A stretch of DNA of 64,000 nt from Eledone cirrhosa (taxonomy: Eukaryota), in assembly GCA_964016885.1 (NCBI GenBank), contig CAXHJY010001187.1, positions 60,077 through 124,076 on the forward strand. Direction: 5' to 3'. The position numbers and the translations under genes are program-made. A model generated the notes under the pieces. That model saw only the letters and a list, made by a program, of their open reading frames with translations. It was not told where the DNA came from and ran no database searches. Within the stretch, counting starts at the first letter, position 1; each line of letters starts with the position of its first letter. This document shows, piece by piece, positions 12,985 through 26,886 of the stretch.

Positions 12985-14204
12985 GTAAGTATCTTCAATT
13001 TGTTATCTATGTCCTTAAAATTAATTGTTAAATTCTTACATAAAAAAAAAAAAAAGTTAAACCTCAAACTCAGAAGCTCATCAAATTCACTGTTGAAACT
13101 GTTTCACTTCAATCATTATAGTTTTAATATTATTGAAAAAGGCATGTATATAATTTCTATTTCCCCATCTATAAATCTGAAATTTCATGCTTATTTAGAA
13201 AGTATCACTATTATTGCACATCACTTTGATTTGAACAATGATGAGCTTAGAGTTGTTCTGGGAATCAGTAATGAAACATTGCAAAGTCTATTCTAATCAA
13301 GAATTTTAACATATATTCTAATTGGTTTGCGAAAGTGGAGGAACTGCCAATTTGTAAACATTGCAGTACAATAGTAAAATAGTAAGGTATGTATGAAGTG
13401 GAAGGGAAACCACAAAGTGATTATAAACCCATTCAATGTCCATATTGGAACTTTTGGTAGAACTGGACATCAACTGGCTACATCACTAGGATTGCTCTGC
13501 TGCTTTTCTTTGACAAGAATGGTCAGTTTTTATGAATTATTTTAACCTTTTCACTACCATATTTCTAATGAAAAACATTCTTATGATTTTCAATTAATTT
13601 CTAAAATAATCAAGAATTTGATGAAAGGATTTTGTGATATAACTTTATTTAACAAAAGTTTTTACATAAAATTATGATGAAAGGTTTTTAGCTAATTATA
13701 AAACTTTAAAACATAGTTTTGTATAATAGAAACCATTTCAAAAAGTGGAATATCTTTTTAACATTTACATTACTCTATTTATACTATTGTATTTTGTATT
13801 AAAGACTTTATCTTACATAATTATCTCACCTACGAGATTTTGATGTTATTCATTTTGAGAACAATACCTTAATGTCAGTATGAACAGCTAGTTATGGCTG
13901 ATTTATACAGAAAGAGGTGAAAGAATTCTGGCCGGTTTAAATGATAAAGGGTTAAACAAGTGAGACATGGTCCTCTCATCTGTCTCGGAGGTCATTAACC
14001 TCAAATAAAAACTGATTTGGACCATAACAACTCAGCACAGAAAGCAGTTGATGATGATCTGCCTCTGTCTTTTCAGCTGTGAAGTAGGGAGATATTTTAT
14101 GATGATATATGTTAATTTCATGAATTGAACCTGTTTATCTTACATTTAGTTAACTTGCTCATTGCCTCATTTTTTCAAATTTATATTTTTTGTTTTGTTT
14201 TTAG

Positions 14205-14345
14205 CCCCTTCCTGTTGATACACTTCAAGGGTGGACATTATATTCTTTTGATAATGGCACTAGAATATGGTGGCACAACTTTTCCATATCAGGTGCTAGT
14301 ATTACTGTATTTGCTTCATTTGGTGGAGTTGCCGTGTCATCAATG
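14205..14345 (+). CDS. Double-START protein exon 2 (PLPVDTLQGWTLYSFDNGTRIWWHNFSISGASITVFASFGGVAVSSM)
   Basis: Polypyrimidine tract + AG acceptor, GTAAGT donor, 141 nt open, phase 0/0. The GW..Y...G.RIW pattern resembles a START N-terminus. Confidence 0.85.
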
Positions 14346-14484
14346 GTAAGTACAGTGCATTTTGTCACTTTATTACAAACTGATTGGTTACATTTTTTTT
14401 TATTGATAACTAATCCCCTCCTTATAAAAATAAAATTCCAGTTTTTCTTAGATAATTTTTGAAAATGTGTGTTTTTAATATATA

Positions 14485-15000
14485 TCATCATCATCGTCCA
14501 TTTAAGGCCTGCTTTGCCTGTTAGCAAGGGTTGGATCTATATAGACCAAGTCCATACTGAAATGGAGTCATCTGTGTCTCGCTTATGTACAGTCTCATGT
14601 TCTATTGAATGCCCAAGAGAGGTTGTCATGCCTTTGACACAACTGAGGGTCCTCTCAATCCTTTGTTTGGCAAGATTTCTACGGCTGGATGCTCCTTCTA
14701 TCACCAACCACGGTACAGTGTGTACTGGGTGTGGTTATTGTGTAAGTCACTAACACTAGGGAGGTTGTCATACCCTTGACATGACTGGAGGGCCCTGCCA
14801 ACTCTTTGTCTGGTAGGTTTTCTATGGTTGGATGTCCTCCCTACCACCAACCACTTTGCAGCATGTACTAGGTGTGTTTATCGTGTAAATCACCAATACT
14901 AGGGAGCTTGTCACGCCCTTGACACAACTGGAGGGTCTCTTTGACCGTTTGTCTGGTAGGTTTTTTACAGCTGGATGCCCTTCTTATTACCAAGCACTTT
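14485..15000 (-). repeat. RTE-tail-derived element with about three tandem ~143-bp units
   Basis: gaggttgtca...ggctggatg...accaaccac units recur at ~14620, 14761 and 14905. A (CAT)n tail lies at 14485. A similar array is at ~20980-21320. Confidence 0.7.
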
Positions 15001-16096
15001 ACATATATATCAAGATTAGTTAGGGAGGGGAGGGCAGCACTCTTGACCTTCATTTCTACAGGGTCTGTGAGACTTGCTGTCTTCTGCGCAGTTTCCATCT
15101 ACAAAATTTCTATCAAAAGGTAATGGTTTTAACTTAGTTCAATTATTAATTTTATCAACCGCAATTAACAATATTTCAAATTGGAATTCAAAAGATTTTC
15201 AAGTAACTATCAATTTATTTTTGATAAAAATTGTTTTTTTATCTCTACCTTGTTTAGGAAAAAACATTGAAACTGTATTTAAAATAGCTACCAATTATTA
15301 CATTGAAAGTTTTTGTATATAGTTTCTACAGTGATCTAAATCAGTGGTCTCTAACCTGTGTTCATATGAACCAAAGGTCTCACTAAAATATTTTTAGAGT
15401 TCATGAATAATGGAGTTCCTACAGGGTCTCTCAATAAAGTTTGACAGTTCTTCATGATATTCTAAAACTTCTACTTTAAATAAAAAGGACCCAATCTATC
15501 CTGTAAGGTGGTTTGTACTGATGCCATGGCAAAAAGCATCCAGTCCACCTTACAAGATATTAGTACTGATTCTATGGCAGTGGTTCCCAGCCTTTTGTGC
15601 ACCTTGCTCCACTTAAACATCTCAAATTGCCCCCCCTCCCCCTCCCTAATATGAAAACAGTGATGATCAACTGCAAAGTATAAACAAATTGGTATATAGG
15701 TTGTGTCAGATGCACAGTGTGTGGAGGGAGTGAGACAGGAGTTTGCAGCAGTAATGTGTACCAAAGTTGTCTTGGTGAAAAGGTAATAAGGTAAAAACCT
15801 AAAGTTTCTCATTAACATCATTTTCAAATTGCTCCTCCGTGGGGCATGCACCTCACATTGGGAATCACTGTGCTATGGAAAAATGTACCCAGTTTGCACT
15901 GTACAGTGGCTGGTGTTAGGAAGGGCACCCAGCTGTGGAACCTTTGATGATGGAATGGTACTGTTCTTTTAATAAATGAAAATAAAAAAAAATGTTTATA
16001 TATATGCCTGTTCTGTTAACAAATTTAAGGAATCTTTTTCTTTTGGGTTCATATCGGGACAATATTTTGATATATGCATCATGTTTTTATTTATAG

Positions 16097-16365
16097 ACAG
16101 TGTTCCAAGTTTTGAAGGATATCAGTCACACATGGAGTTGGAAGCCTGGAGTTATGTCCACATCATACATTTTGCGTGGCAGTAACAAACAAAAGGCTGA
16201 TCCAAGATCGTCACCTTCCTTGTCATCAGGCACTTATTCTTCAAAGTCTGCTAATTATGATGTCATTGCAGAAGAACATTTGAAGAAGGTATCTTATAGT
16301 TCTGAATCATACAGAATACCTTGCCATCTTCCAATCACTGATACTGAAACTGTGACTTTACAGAG
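16097..16365 (+). CDS. Double-START protein exon 3 (TVFQVLKDISHTWSWKPGV...ETVTLQR)
   Basis: tatag acceptor, GTGAGT donor, 269 nt, phase 0/2. Coincides with ORF 16100..16369. Confidence 0.85.
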
Positions 16366-16522
16366 GTGAGTCTAATTAACTCTAACTTTAAATGATACTC
16401 TTTTATAATCTACACTATAACTAAATGTGTATATACTTGAAAATAGTGTCTATTGTCAAGATAAATCCTTATTTAGTAGCCCTGCTACTAAATAGAATAG
16501 CCTGAATCCTAAGTGTTTTTAA

Positions 16523-16794
16523 TCCTTTTGTTACCAAACTGCCCCTGGTTCTATGATACAAAAATGCTTGTCCTAAACTATTTATATTTATCTAAAACCC
16601 TTCCATTATAATTTAATGTAAGAACCTCAGCTGTGTTCTAATCACCAGCTTAATAATGAGAAAGTTAGATATTATTATTTCCTCTAAATTCTTGATTTTT
16701 TTTTTGTTTTTTTTTATCAAAATTATTTGAAAATTATAGGAAGGTTTTTTTTTTTTTTTTTTTTTTTTTTACTAGAAATATGGTAACGAAAGGG
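16523..16794. mobile_element. piggyBac-type MITE
   Basis: TTAA on both flanks. TIRs (T)CCTTTTGTTACCA / TGGTAACGAAAGGG. Confidence 0.8.
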
Positions 16795-16999
16795 TTAACC
16801 ATAAAATCACCTAATCAATATCTAATGCTTTTACGTGAATCATTAGCTCTTAATTATATCTATAAACATTTTAACATTGCTATTTAAAATTGTTACCATT
16901 CCTTAACAGAAGAATCAGATATTTTACTGAACATTATTTCTGATTATTATTGTTATAAGAATTTGAACTTTTGACATTGTTTTGTAATTTTTCCTCTAG

Positions 17000-17094
17000 A
17001 TATTGGGATTGTGATAATAGTGGTGGAGGTTGGCTATTGGAATCCAATGAGAAGACTGGTGACTGGAAAGTTTATATATTTCAACCTCTTAAAG
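17000..17094 (+). CDS. Double-START protein exon 4 (YWDCDNSGGGWLLESNEKTGDWKVYIFQPLK)
   Basis: ttcctctag acceptor, GTAGAT donor, 95 nt, phase 2/1 matching both neighbours. Confidence 0.8.
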
Positions 17095-17099
17095 GTAGA

Positions 17100-18330
17100 T
17101 CAATATATTTAAATTGAAAGTTTCTTTTAGACATATTGAAGTAGGGGCAGTGGCCAGGCCTCTGAGACAAGTGAGATTGAAGCAGTTGAGTTTTGCATGT
17201 CAATGGTTGAATGATAACATGGGTAGAAAGAGAATTCCAAAGTGCTTGGAAAAAGGAATAAGTATAGTGATAATTGTGGCACTTGGAGTTGCAAGACACT
17301 GTATATGTGTGGAAAGGTGGATGGGTTAGGGCTGAGGTGTAAGCAACTAGCTAGTTCTGAGGAGCTGGAGTAGTTGTAATAGCAATATAAAGAGGCAGTG
17401 AGGATAGCTTGTTTGTATGCTAGAGGTTGTGGGGTGTTGGTTAATGAGTTTATGTCAGTCAATTGGATGACTTTCTTTTGGTTACAATGTAGGATGTTGT
17501 GAAGCCAGTGCCATCCCTGCTATAGGAGCAATGCTTCATTGTGGGTCTCAATTAAGCTGTGGAGAAATTAACTGAAGCTGAAATATTTTTAGGCCCCAAA
17601 CAGGAAGGCTAATCTAAAGGATATATTATGTGTGTTAGCTAAGTATAGAGTTAAGAACAAGACTGTTTGTGTATTTGTGCTGTTGAAAGAGACAAGATTG
17701 ATATGTCTCCATTGTGAAATGTTTTATATAGTCTCTTCATGGAAGCAATGCAAATTTGACTTTTGTTGCCTAGATTGTCTGTGGATGACAGTATCTGGAA
17801 GGTTAGGGAGGAAAGAGTTAAGAGGGACATCACCTGCACAGGAATGATTGTTGTTAGACATGAAGTTACAGCATGTAAGTCATCAGTGTACAGGAGTGTG
17901 AAAAACATTAATGAAACTTGGTATGTACTAGAATTGTTAGTGTTGGCTAAGAGACTACAAAGCTTCTGACTTAAGTGACAAGATAATGTCTATAGGTGGG
18001 CTGTTTATCAAGGAAACAGTTAAACACTTTGCTGATTTCAAGTGCAGTGATATTCTTTTCAACAAACTTCTTAATTGTGAAGAACCAATTGAGATTAACA
18101 TGGGAAAGCTGTTTTCTTGTAAATCTGCTGGCAGCACTATGGAAGCTGGATTAGTGGTCACTGAGAAGGAAAAAAAAAATCTCAAGTTATTGGAGAAGGT
18201 GATTGTATTCCCTTTGAGATGCTAGAAGTGTGAACTATAGGTTGGTATTTGACACAGCTTAACCCAGTTTTCATGTTAATTTATTCACAACCATTTTCCT
18301 TGCTGGATAAAATGCCAGTTTTCCTATGAA
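17100..18330 (-). mobile_element. Highly degenerate LINE (CR1/Jockey-group-like) RT remnant
   Basis: LLYTDD catalytic-like motif and SFFQALWNSL C-terminal motif, with many frameshifts. Confidence 0.55.
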
Positions 18331-18596
18331 GTTGTTGTCAATTACACAATATTTTCCTTTTGTTTACACCACTGTGCATATCTGGTTTAGAATATGTACA
18401 CCATATCCATGCATGTTTTAAGAAGTGACTAAAAGGGGTCCCAGGAAATGTATCCAGCTGTAAAACATTGCTTTAAAAGGGACCCCATTATGAGTATGAA
18501 GCCTGGCATGGTGCCTGCATGGCTAACTCCTGTTTTAGTGGGGAAATTGATCTTAAAACATTTGTTTGGTCCTGTTATTTTTAATTTTTATTTCAG

Positions 18597-19199
18597 ATAA
18601 TTTCCAGTGCTTAATAACTATTTTAGTACATGAAAAGCTCCAATCTCCAATTGTTACAGCTGCTATAACTTCTCGTTTACTTGGATCTCTTCAAAATTTT
18701 TTCTTGTATAAAAAAGTAAATCCACCAACATTTCCATATGTCTTGTTTCATGTGGATAATCAGAAGATGCTAATGCAGAGGTCTCCTTCTGTCAGAAGAT
18801 ACGGTGGTCATAACAAGGACACTAGATTTTTTAATCGATTTCGGTCACTGTTAGAAAACAAGCCAGCAGTGAACTCCAAAATGGCACTATCAAAAGAAGA
18901 CCGCCAAAAGACTGAAGATATTTTGCGACCAGTAACCTTTCATCCTTCTGAGGATTTATTAGCAAGTAGCATAGTAGAAGATTCAACGCACAGTCCAACT
19001 TCTTCAGCATCGTCTGGATCTGTAAAATTATCAAAAGACACACTGGATAATCAGAGTAAATTAACAGATCCTGATAAGGATAGTATATCTGAGGATGAAT
19101 TGGACACAAAGACAAATGGACATGCTTTACCTGGTACACTACCTCGTAGTGCATCATGCCAAGAAGGTGGCTATAACATTCCTACTAATTTACCTAAAG
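18597..19199 (+). CDS. Double-START protein exon 5 (end of N-terminal domain plus Ser/Asp-rich linker)
   Basis: tttcag acceptor, GTATGT donor, 603 nt inside ORF 18566..19228, phase 1/1. Confidence 0.9.
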
Positions 19200-19529
19200 G
19201 TATGTTTAGAAAGAATTTAAATTTTTAAAAAAATTTTTATCTGTGTGTTTTAATTAATTCCTAAAACAATTGTAAATTTAGGCTGATATTTGTATAACTA
19301 AAACTTTGTTTATTGATATAATAAGGTAGGGTTTACAAAACAAAATGTTCTTGCACAAATCTATGATGTGTCTGTGTATATCATGACTCATACTGTTAAC
19401 TTTCCTGACATTTGTACATTATTCTATGTACTGTACATGTACTTTTGATGAGTTGTACACAATAATTTTCATTATTATTAAGCGATTTTTGTCTAAAAAA
19501 TACTCACATTACAGGCAAATTTAGTGAAA

Positions 19530-20000
19530 TCATCATCACCATTTTACGTCCATTCTTCCACGCTAGCATGGGTTAGACGGGTTGTCCTATTGTGAGCAAT
19601 GCCAGGTCATGTGACCATGTCTTGCTCATACAGAACTGATTTTGGCTGGATGCCCTTCCTAACACCAAACCTCATTTACAGTGAGTACTGGGTGCTTTTT
19701 TACAGTGGCGCCTACACGACTACTTTACAGTGTGAACTGGGTGATTTTATTGTACACGACCACTTTACAGTGGGAGGGGTGGGGGCATACAGCTTCAGCT
19801 TGTACCCGTGGGAAGTCGGGTCTTCGGTATTACTGCATAACGCCAGAGGTCTCGGTCCTGTGTCATCGCCTTTGAGAAGTGCAATTGGGCAAGGTCAGCT
19901 TTTATCACCTCATCCCAGGTCTTCTCCCCACTCCAAGGCTTCCATCGACTTTTAATGTTCTGCACCTTTTTATGCAGCTGTCATCCTTCATACGCATGTA
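19530..20000 (-). mobile_element. RTE 3' fragment
   Basis: ORF end, 3'UTR and CAT tail are homologous to 30080-30715. Confidence 0.85.
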
Positions 20001-20371
20001 AAATTATTTAAATTTTGTTTAAGCATTACCTGGTGGGTGTAGGTATTTGTGGTTTTTGATCCAGCTCTCTGCACTTTGAGTTCAAATCCATTCAACTAAG
20101 GTCAAAATGTAGTTTTTAAACATTGATAATTAGTCACAAATTTAGGATTTAGTAAAATAGCTTGTATATTAAAGCTGATGTTTAGAAGAGAAGAATTTAT
20201 GATGGAAGATTTTAATTTCAATTATGAGCACCTTTACATATAGCTTAAATGAATAGACCAGGACTTAACCATTTACTATGGCATGATTTAAAAAAATAAA
20301 CATGCGTGGTTTATTTTCTCTTCCTTTTATTGCTGTTTACTCCATTTTTTTAATTTTTTATTTTTTCTTAG

Positions 20372-20433
20372 ATCATCGGTTTGTATTTTACCAAACAGTT
20401 GCTAATGAAGCAGCAGCCACACTCTTAAAAGAG
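20372..20433 (+). CDS. Double-START protein exon 6 (HRFVFYQTVANEAAATLLKE)
   Basis: ttcttag acceptor, GTAAGC donor, 62 nt, phase 1/0. Confidence 0.85.
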
Positions 20434-21328
20434 GTAAGCTTTTTCCAAGTTTACTATTTGAAAACCACTGTTATTGGCAGCACATGTAATGCCTATTACA
20501 TTACAACCATTCTAGTGAGGACATTGCTAATTTTATAGTTGATTTTGGATTTTGCTCATTTCTGTGAATTGGCAGCAGTAGTTTTTATTTTTCTGTTCAT
20601 GTAAATGAATGATGGAAATGAATTTGGAAAGAAGTAAAGAAAGGTGAAAACCATGAGAGATATTGCAGTAAAAGAGATGATGCAGATGATAGGGTAAAAT
20701 GGAGAAGTTGATATAAACCTGCTGCAGTTCATTCAAATGTTTGAATTTGTGTAAACATGTAATTCATTCTAAGGAATACGTTAAACGATGATGATGATGA
20801 TGAAATATGAAAGTTCAATATTCAGAGCTGCTTGCTACTGTTAATTTTACTATCATTTAATGTCCATTTTCCCTGCTAGCAAGTGATGGATGGGACATTA
20901 CAAACCAAGTCAGTATTTAATCAGAGCTACTGACTTCTCAGATGGGGCCACAACTTCCTATATACTTTCCTGTCCTCTATAAAGTGCACCAGGTGTATTT
21001 TATCATGGCACCACCACCAGAACTTGTTAAGGATTGACACCACTGAAGGGTCCTTTCGACCTTTTGTTTGGCATGTTTTCTATGGCTAGATGCTAATCCT
21101 ATCACCAACTGCCCTACATGGTGTACTGGGTATGTTTTATCATGTCACCAACACTAGAGAAATTGTTGTGACAGAAGGGTTCTCTCAACAGTTTTGATAT
21201 AGTTTCTACAGCACAAGCCCTTTCTAAAACTGACCACTTTACAGAGTGCACTGGGTGCGTTTTATCATGGAACCAGCACTAGGGAAGTTGTCGGTCATTG
21301 ATTCGAGTGAGAGCCCTCTCTGCCTTAA

Positions 21329-21543
21329 CCCTTTAATGTTCAAACCTGCCAAAACCGGCCAGAATTCTCTACCTCTTTCTGTTGAAACTGGCTGTAGCTG
21401 GTCACTGAAACTGATATAGTATTGTTCTCAAAATAAATACTTTCAAAATCTCAGATTCGATATTATGTGAGATAATTATGCGAGGTAAAGCTTTTACCAT
21501 GAAAATATAATAGTATATATGGAGTAATGTGAATGCTAAAGGG
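21329..21543. mobile_element. piggyBac-type MITE (second family)
   Basis: TTAA|CCCTTTAATGTTCA ... TGAATGCTAAAGGG|TTAA. An inverted copy lies at ~13760-13951. Confidence 0.85.
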
Positions 21544-22779
21544 TTAAGCAGAGGGGTAATAAGATTAGGGAAGTTAAGAAGTGTGATAAGTATGATGTAA
21601 GTAAGTACTAATAGGTGTGAGGGGGTTGGGATGAAAGTATAATGACATGGGTAAGTGGCAGGTGTGGTGGGGATGCAAGGGGGGATGTGGTGTTTCTTTA
21701 GATTCTTTACACATGGTTAGTAGCATTGCTTGAGTACTGATTCGGTCTGTGACAACCCATCCATCACTTCTAAAAGAGAAAATGGATGTTAATGAGGAAT
21801 GCATTTTATCTTTTGTGTAATTTCTCCCCCCCTCCCCATAATGGCCCTAAACAAGTAGATCCATGATCAAAGGGTTTTTAGTTGTGGCTACTTGTTTTTT
21901 ACCTTACCAAGACTACTTTATCCAATGTCATTTTTAAGATGGTAGGGTATGATTTGAATGAAATACATCTCAATTTTTCAGCTGAGAGATTGACATCTTA
22001 TCCATAAAGTCACTAAACAGGATTTATATCAGATGAGCAGGAGGCAGAGCAAGTCAAATAGAAAGAGAATAGAACTTTGGGTCTCTGAATTAATTGAAAA
22101 CTGACAGTTAATTAGTTTACAATAGCAAACCTAGAGCTGATGTCAGGCTGCTTTTGAAAACAAAGCAAGATATTATATGTATATTTTTGCAACTATATAA
22201 GATAAGTGGACACAACATGGTCGAATAGATAAGTTTGTTTCGTAATTATTAGGTCCCAGAGTCGTTCCCATTGTGTAGCATCTTGGGCAAGTGTGAGTGT
22301 AAATGGGTAGATGGAAACTGTTTGGAAGCCTGTCAGATGGATTGTGCCTGTAATTTAAAATGCCTGCTTTGTTACACACACATTGTCATGATGAATATCT
22401 CTGAGAACTGCATTAACCCTGCCGTGCGATGTTCCTGCTAGTGAGAATAGTCTAAACATAATCTCTGCTGGATTCCCATTAAATGAAGAACACAGAAAAA
22501 GAAGATACAATACTAAAAAATAGAGAGCCAACCACATTGCAGTGTTGTAGTCAGGTGTGTTGATGACTCATTAATGTTGTCCCCCCATAGCTGTTTACTT
22601 TTATTTTTAATAAAAAAAAAAGAAAAAGAAACCCGGATTTTTTTTGCAATGAAACGAGGGTGTGATGAACCCAGTACTTCGTCTGGTAAATGAGCAAGGT
22701 CTAAACACTTTACAGTTGAGGAAATTATTGATGATATTCATTGGACAAAGGTGAGCAAGAATTTCAATAAGTTTACCCT

Positions 22780-24190
22780 TACACAGACAGTGAGAGTGAT
22801 TCAGACAATGAAAGTGATGAGGAAAGTAATGATTCAGGTGAACAAATTCTATGTGGATCTTGCACATCTGATACTGATAGGAGTGGAGGAGATTATGTAA
22901 ATCTAGATGAAGGGTGGGTAGACACATTTACTGTGTCTACAGTTTAGTGAAAATTATTTAAGTCCACAAAACATTCCTGAGTTCATAACAAATGACAGTC
23001 AAGGCATTGATTTTCTCAGTCTGTTTGCAGATGATGGATTTTGGGATAATTTGGCAAGGATGACATTTAAGCTAAGTTTGCCTAATTCATATCATGCTAA
23101 ATTTTTCAAGTAGGTTTCTGTAGGAAAAAATGAAATCTTTTACAAGGATAAGGATGTATATGGAATACTTGTGTCTGAATGCTAGTTACAGGGATTACTG
23201 GTCAAATGACGGTGTTGACTTTTTAGGCTATACTCCTAGTTTTCGTAGCATCATGACTTGTGATCAGTTTCTTGCAATCTTGACATTTTTTCATGTTCTT
23301 GATATAAGATCAGACAATTGACAAGACTGACAGAATTTATAAAGTATGACCAATGGTAATCAACTGCAGGAATGTAGGTATTTGTACAAACCACGTAAGC
23401 ATCTCAGCCTGGATGAGGGGATGATCCCCACTAAAAATTGACTTACAATCAAACAATATATAAAGGATAAACCAACAAAATGTGGAATTTATTGTGTGAA
23501 GCTAAGACTGGTTATGTGGTGAAGGTAGAAATTTACACTAGGAGAAATCGACGAAAATCTTGGTTTGGTTGAGAACAGTCATATTACTACTCAGATCATC
23601 TGAACTGGAAAATAAATCCCTTGTCTTTGTGATGGACAGGTTCTACAACTCGGTTCTCCTATATGCATCCAGGAGTTGTGGGAACATTAATGACAAATAG
23701 GAAAGACATCCCCAAATCTCTAAAAGTGAAGAAGCTACCCCAGCACAGAGATTCCCGATATGTGTCATAAAAGCACGACCAGATGGCTTATCTGAGTCAC
23801 AGTCACAAGTATTACAAGTGGCTATATAAAATTCTTCATGTGGTCTTGTTATAATTCTTTTGTTCTTTTCAATGCTAAAAGGCAAGCAGTCTCCCCAAAT
23901 GTATTTTAAGTACATTCAGGAACTTTGCCTTTCCTTGGGAAATTATCGCTTGTCTGCTCAGTTATGCATATGAAAAGAGCCATGCGACCTACGCCATACC
24001 CAAGGGGGCTCCCTCCAGAAATACTAGCTGATACACCTACAAACCATGTATATTGTATGCCGTGAAAAAGACCTGAGATACAAAAGGAATAACTCTGGAG
24101 TAGCTTATAAAGACATCTCAGTCCTCTTAAAAAAGTATTTATGCATCAAACAAGGGTTAAAATGCTGGGCTGCCTGGCATACTAAGGTAG
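22780..24190 (+). pseudogene. piggyBac transposase relic
   Basis: DYWS...M..DQF..IL.FFH, LSLDEGMIP.K, QYIKDKPTK.GI, GYV..VEIY, VMDRFYNS and a C-terminal C....CW..WH. Many stops and frameshifts. Confidence 0.85.
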
Positions 24191-24484
24191 AATACTGGAG
24201 GTAGTTGAGAGGTAGACCTATTATTGTTATTCTTGTGAATTTATTATTGTGATTCTGTCCATTAGTTTGCTTGCAATCATTACTCTTGAGCTGTGTATGC
24301 AACTATTTATTTATTTGCTCAGGAGCCATGTGGAGGGTGAAGATAGAGTACATGAGTCTCTGGAATGCTCAGTCATTTACACGTTACTTTCACAAACTGT
24401 TAATTGAACAACTGGCACACTCTTTATTGAAACTGATGTTGGTTCATCCCTTCCTATATATGACTCCTTTCTGTTTCTTTATAG

Positions 24485-24552
24485 CTAACTCTATCCAGCA
24501 ACATTGATTTACAATCTCAAACAGAGAATAACAATTCAACTGGCCGTTGGGT
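24485..24552 (+). CDS. Double-START protein exon 7 (LTLSSNIDLQSQTENNNSTGRW)
   Basis: ctttatag acceptor, GTAAGT donor, 68 nt, phase 0/2. Confidence 0.85.
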
Positions 24553-25316
24553 GTAAGTATAAGTGTTTTGTTTTTGTTTAGTTAACCACTATCAGTTATG
24601 ATCAGCTCAATCTTTATAACAGAATATTTGACTTTACAACACAATATGAATGATGGTAACTAGTTTTTAACCCTGTTTAAATATGTAAATGTGTATATAT
24701 ATATATATATACATACTGTGTGAAACCTGGCTTTTAGATTAGGCACCTCTTATCCCTGTATGCTGTAAGAGGCAGCTAAAAGGGTGTGTGTCAGGAGGGG
24801 CATCCAATCATAAAATGTTAGCTCAAAAAGCTTCTGCAATCTGTATCAGCATAGAAAAAGCAGTTATCAGTTAGAAAGAAAATAACAGTATGATACCAAC
24901 TCATCTTAAATTGCTTCTGGTTCTATGAAATAAAACTACTAATTTTAAAGGATTCTTATTTAAATTAAAACTTTTCTATATAATTTGATATTAGTTATGT
25001 TACAAATACAATCTTAATTTTATCTTCTAAATTTTACATTAACTTTTAACATTGTGTACAATATGAAATCATATTAACTAGACTTTCCTGAAAAGTATAA
25101 ATCAGCACTATGACTGCATCATATTAAAAGTTAAAGTCTTTAGTTTACTGCAAATTTTCACAATATGGTGTCCACGATATTTTAAATGTATCATTCCATG
25201 GTGTCCAAATTTAATTAATTAAAATGCAATGTATTTCATTATAAATATGGTATTGAACAAGTTAACATATTTACAATATGTCTATATATTTTCCCACTTA
25301 ATATCTTCACTTTCAG

Positions 25317-25385
25317 GTTTTGTGGTTTAGATGATGAAATTGTCATTTTACGAAAAATCCCCGAAGAAGGTAGTTCTTTGCAAAG
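25317..25385 (+). CDS. Double-START protein exon 8 (FCGLDDEIVILRKIPEEGSSLQ)
   Basis: tttcag acceptor, GTATGG donor, 69 nt, phase 2/2. Confidence 0.85.
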
Positions 25386-26331
25386 GTATGGAAGTAAAAT
25401 AACATTGATCCTTCTTCAAATCCCTATTTTACATACAAAGTCAATATTTGGGGAACTTTCATTTTATTGATCTTAAAACTTCAAAGGCAAAACTAACCTT
25501 CAATTTAAATCAGCATAGGGTTAAACTCTGTACTGGGAACGGTTGATACAAAAGTAGAGGCTGAATAATTTATGCAAATAAAATGCAGTCATCTTCCATT
25601 TCATTTGAATAAATTATATTTGACAGACGTTTGTAAAGTTTCTGTATACAAAAGGAGATTGTGGTGATATGGACATGTGATGCATATGGGAGATGATGGC
25701 TATATAAAAAGGTGCAGGGTGCTCAAAGTTGATGGAAACTATAGAAGAGGAAGTCCTAGGAAAACTTGGGATAAAGTGATAAAAGCTGACCATACTCAAT
25801 TAAACCTCACAAAGGAGATAGCACAGGATTAAGATCTCTGGCATTATGCAGTACTACAGAAGACCTGCCTTCCCATGTGCACAGAATAAAACAAACATAT
25901 AGAGGACACCAGTCTCACCCAATCCCCCCCCCAGTCTTAATACCCCATCCTCACCAGTTAAGTATCCCACACACCTCGTCCATGTCGCACTTGCTTATTT
26001 GTCCCCTCTCTCCCCAAACCGCCATCCTTGATATACCTCTTCTACCCAATCCATACAGATCCATATGAGCAAGACGTGGATTACCTCACCTGACTTGTCT
26101 CATAATGTGACAACCCATCTAACCGATGCAGCATGGAAAAATAGACGTTAAATGGTGATTAGGGTAAGACAGTAAAATAATTGATGAAACTAATTCAGTA
26201 TATATTCTCTTCATTTCCTTGAAGGACAATTAGAAATTAACCAAAGTATAGAATGATTTTTCTAGCTATTCTAAAACTCCTATTGATTTTGATTATATAA
26301 TTAAAATGAGTGTTTTCCATTTTCACTTCAG

Positions 26332-26428
26332 CTATATGGGTAAAGGTATAGTCCAGGTGCCTCCAAAAGTTGTATGGGATACAGTTCGAAATCCACGAAC
26401 AAAGTTCACGTATGATGAGAGTCTAAAG
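26332..26428 (+). CDS. Double-START protein exon 9 (YMGKGIVQVPPKVVWDTVRNPRTKFTYDESLK)
   Basis: cttcag acceptor, GTAAGA donor, 97 nt, phase 2/0. The G.G.V..PP..VW..V..P motif is typical of STARD9-like START domains. Confidence 0.9.
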
Positions 26429-26886
26429 GTAAGAAGTTTTTAAACTTTGTGTGTTTGATACATTTGGTTACCATATTTCTGATGTAAACTATAGCCTATA
26501 ATTAATTTTGAAAATAATTAAGAATTTCAAGGAATTTAGTGTTATAACCAACTTTCTCTTTATTAAAGTTGGTATAAAATGCACAACAAGGTTATTATAA
26601 AATTATGATGGAAGATTTTTAGATAAAAAACTTTCAAAATGGCCCGGCATTGCTCGGGATTTGCTCTAGGGTTCTTATATATTTGATATATATTTATCCT
26701 TATCGAGCCTGTGTATGCAAAAATATCTGTACACGAATATCATCATCATCATCATTTTACGTCAGCTTTTCCCTGCTTGCAAGGGTGGGACGGGTCTTAT
26801 ATATAATTATATATATATATATATATATAGAAAAGAATGAAACGAAATTTCATTTTTCACTCTTAGTACGGCTGATACCTAAATAT

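Noticed and set aside
21982-22070. Acceptor-like tttttcag between exons 6 and 7
   Set aside because: Immediate in-frame stop, and exons 6 and 7 already join in phase.
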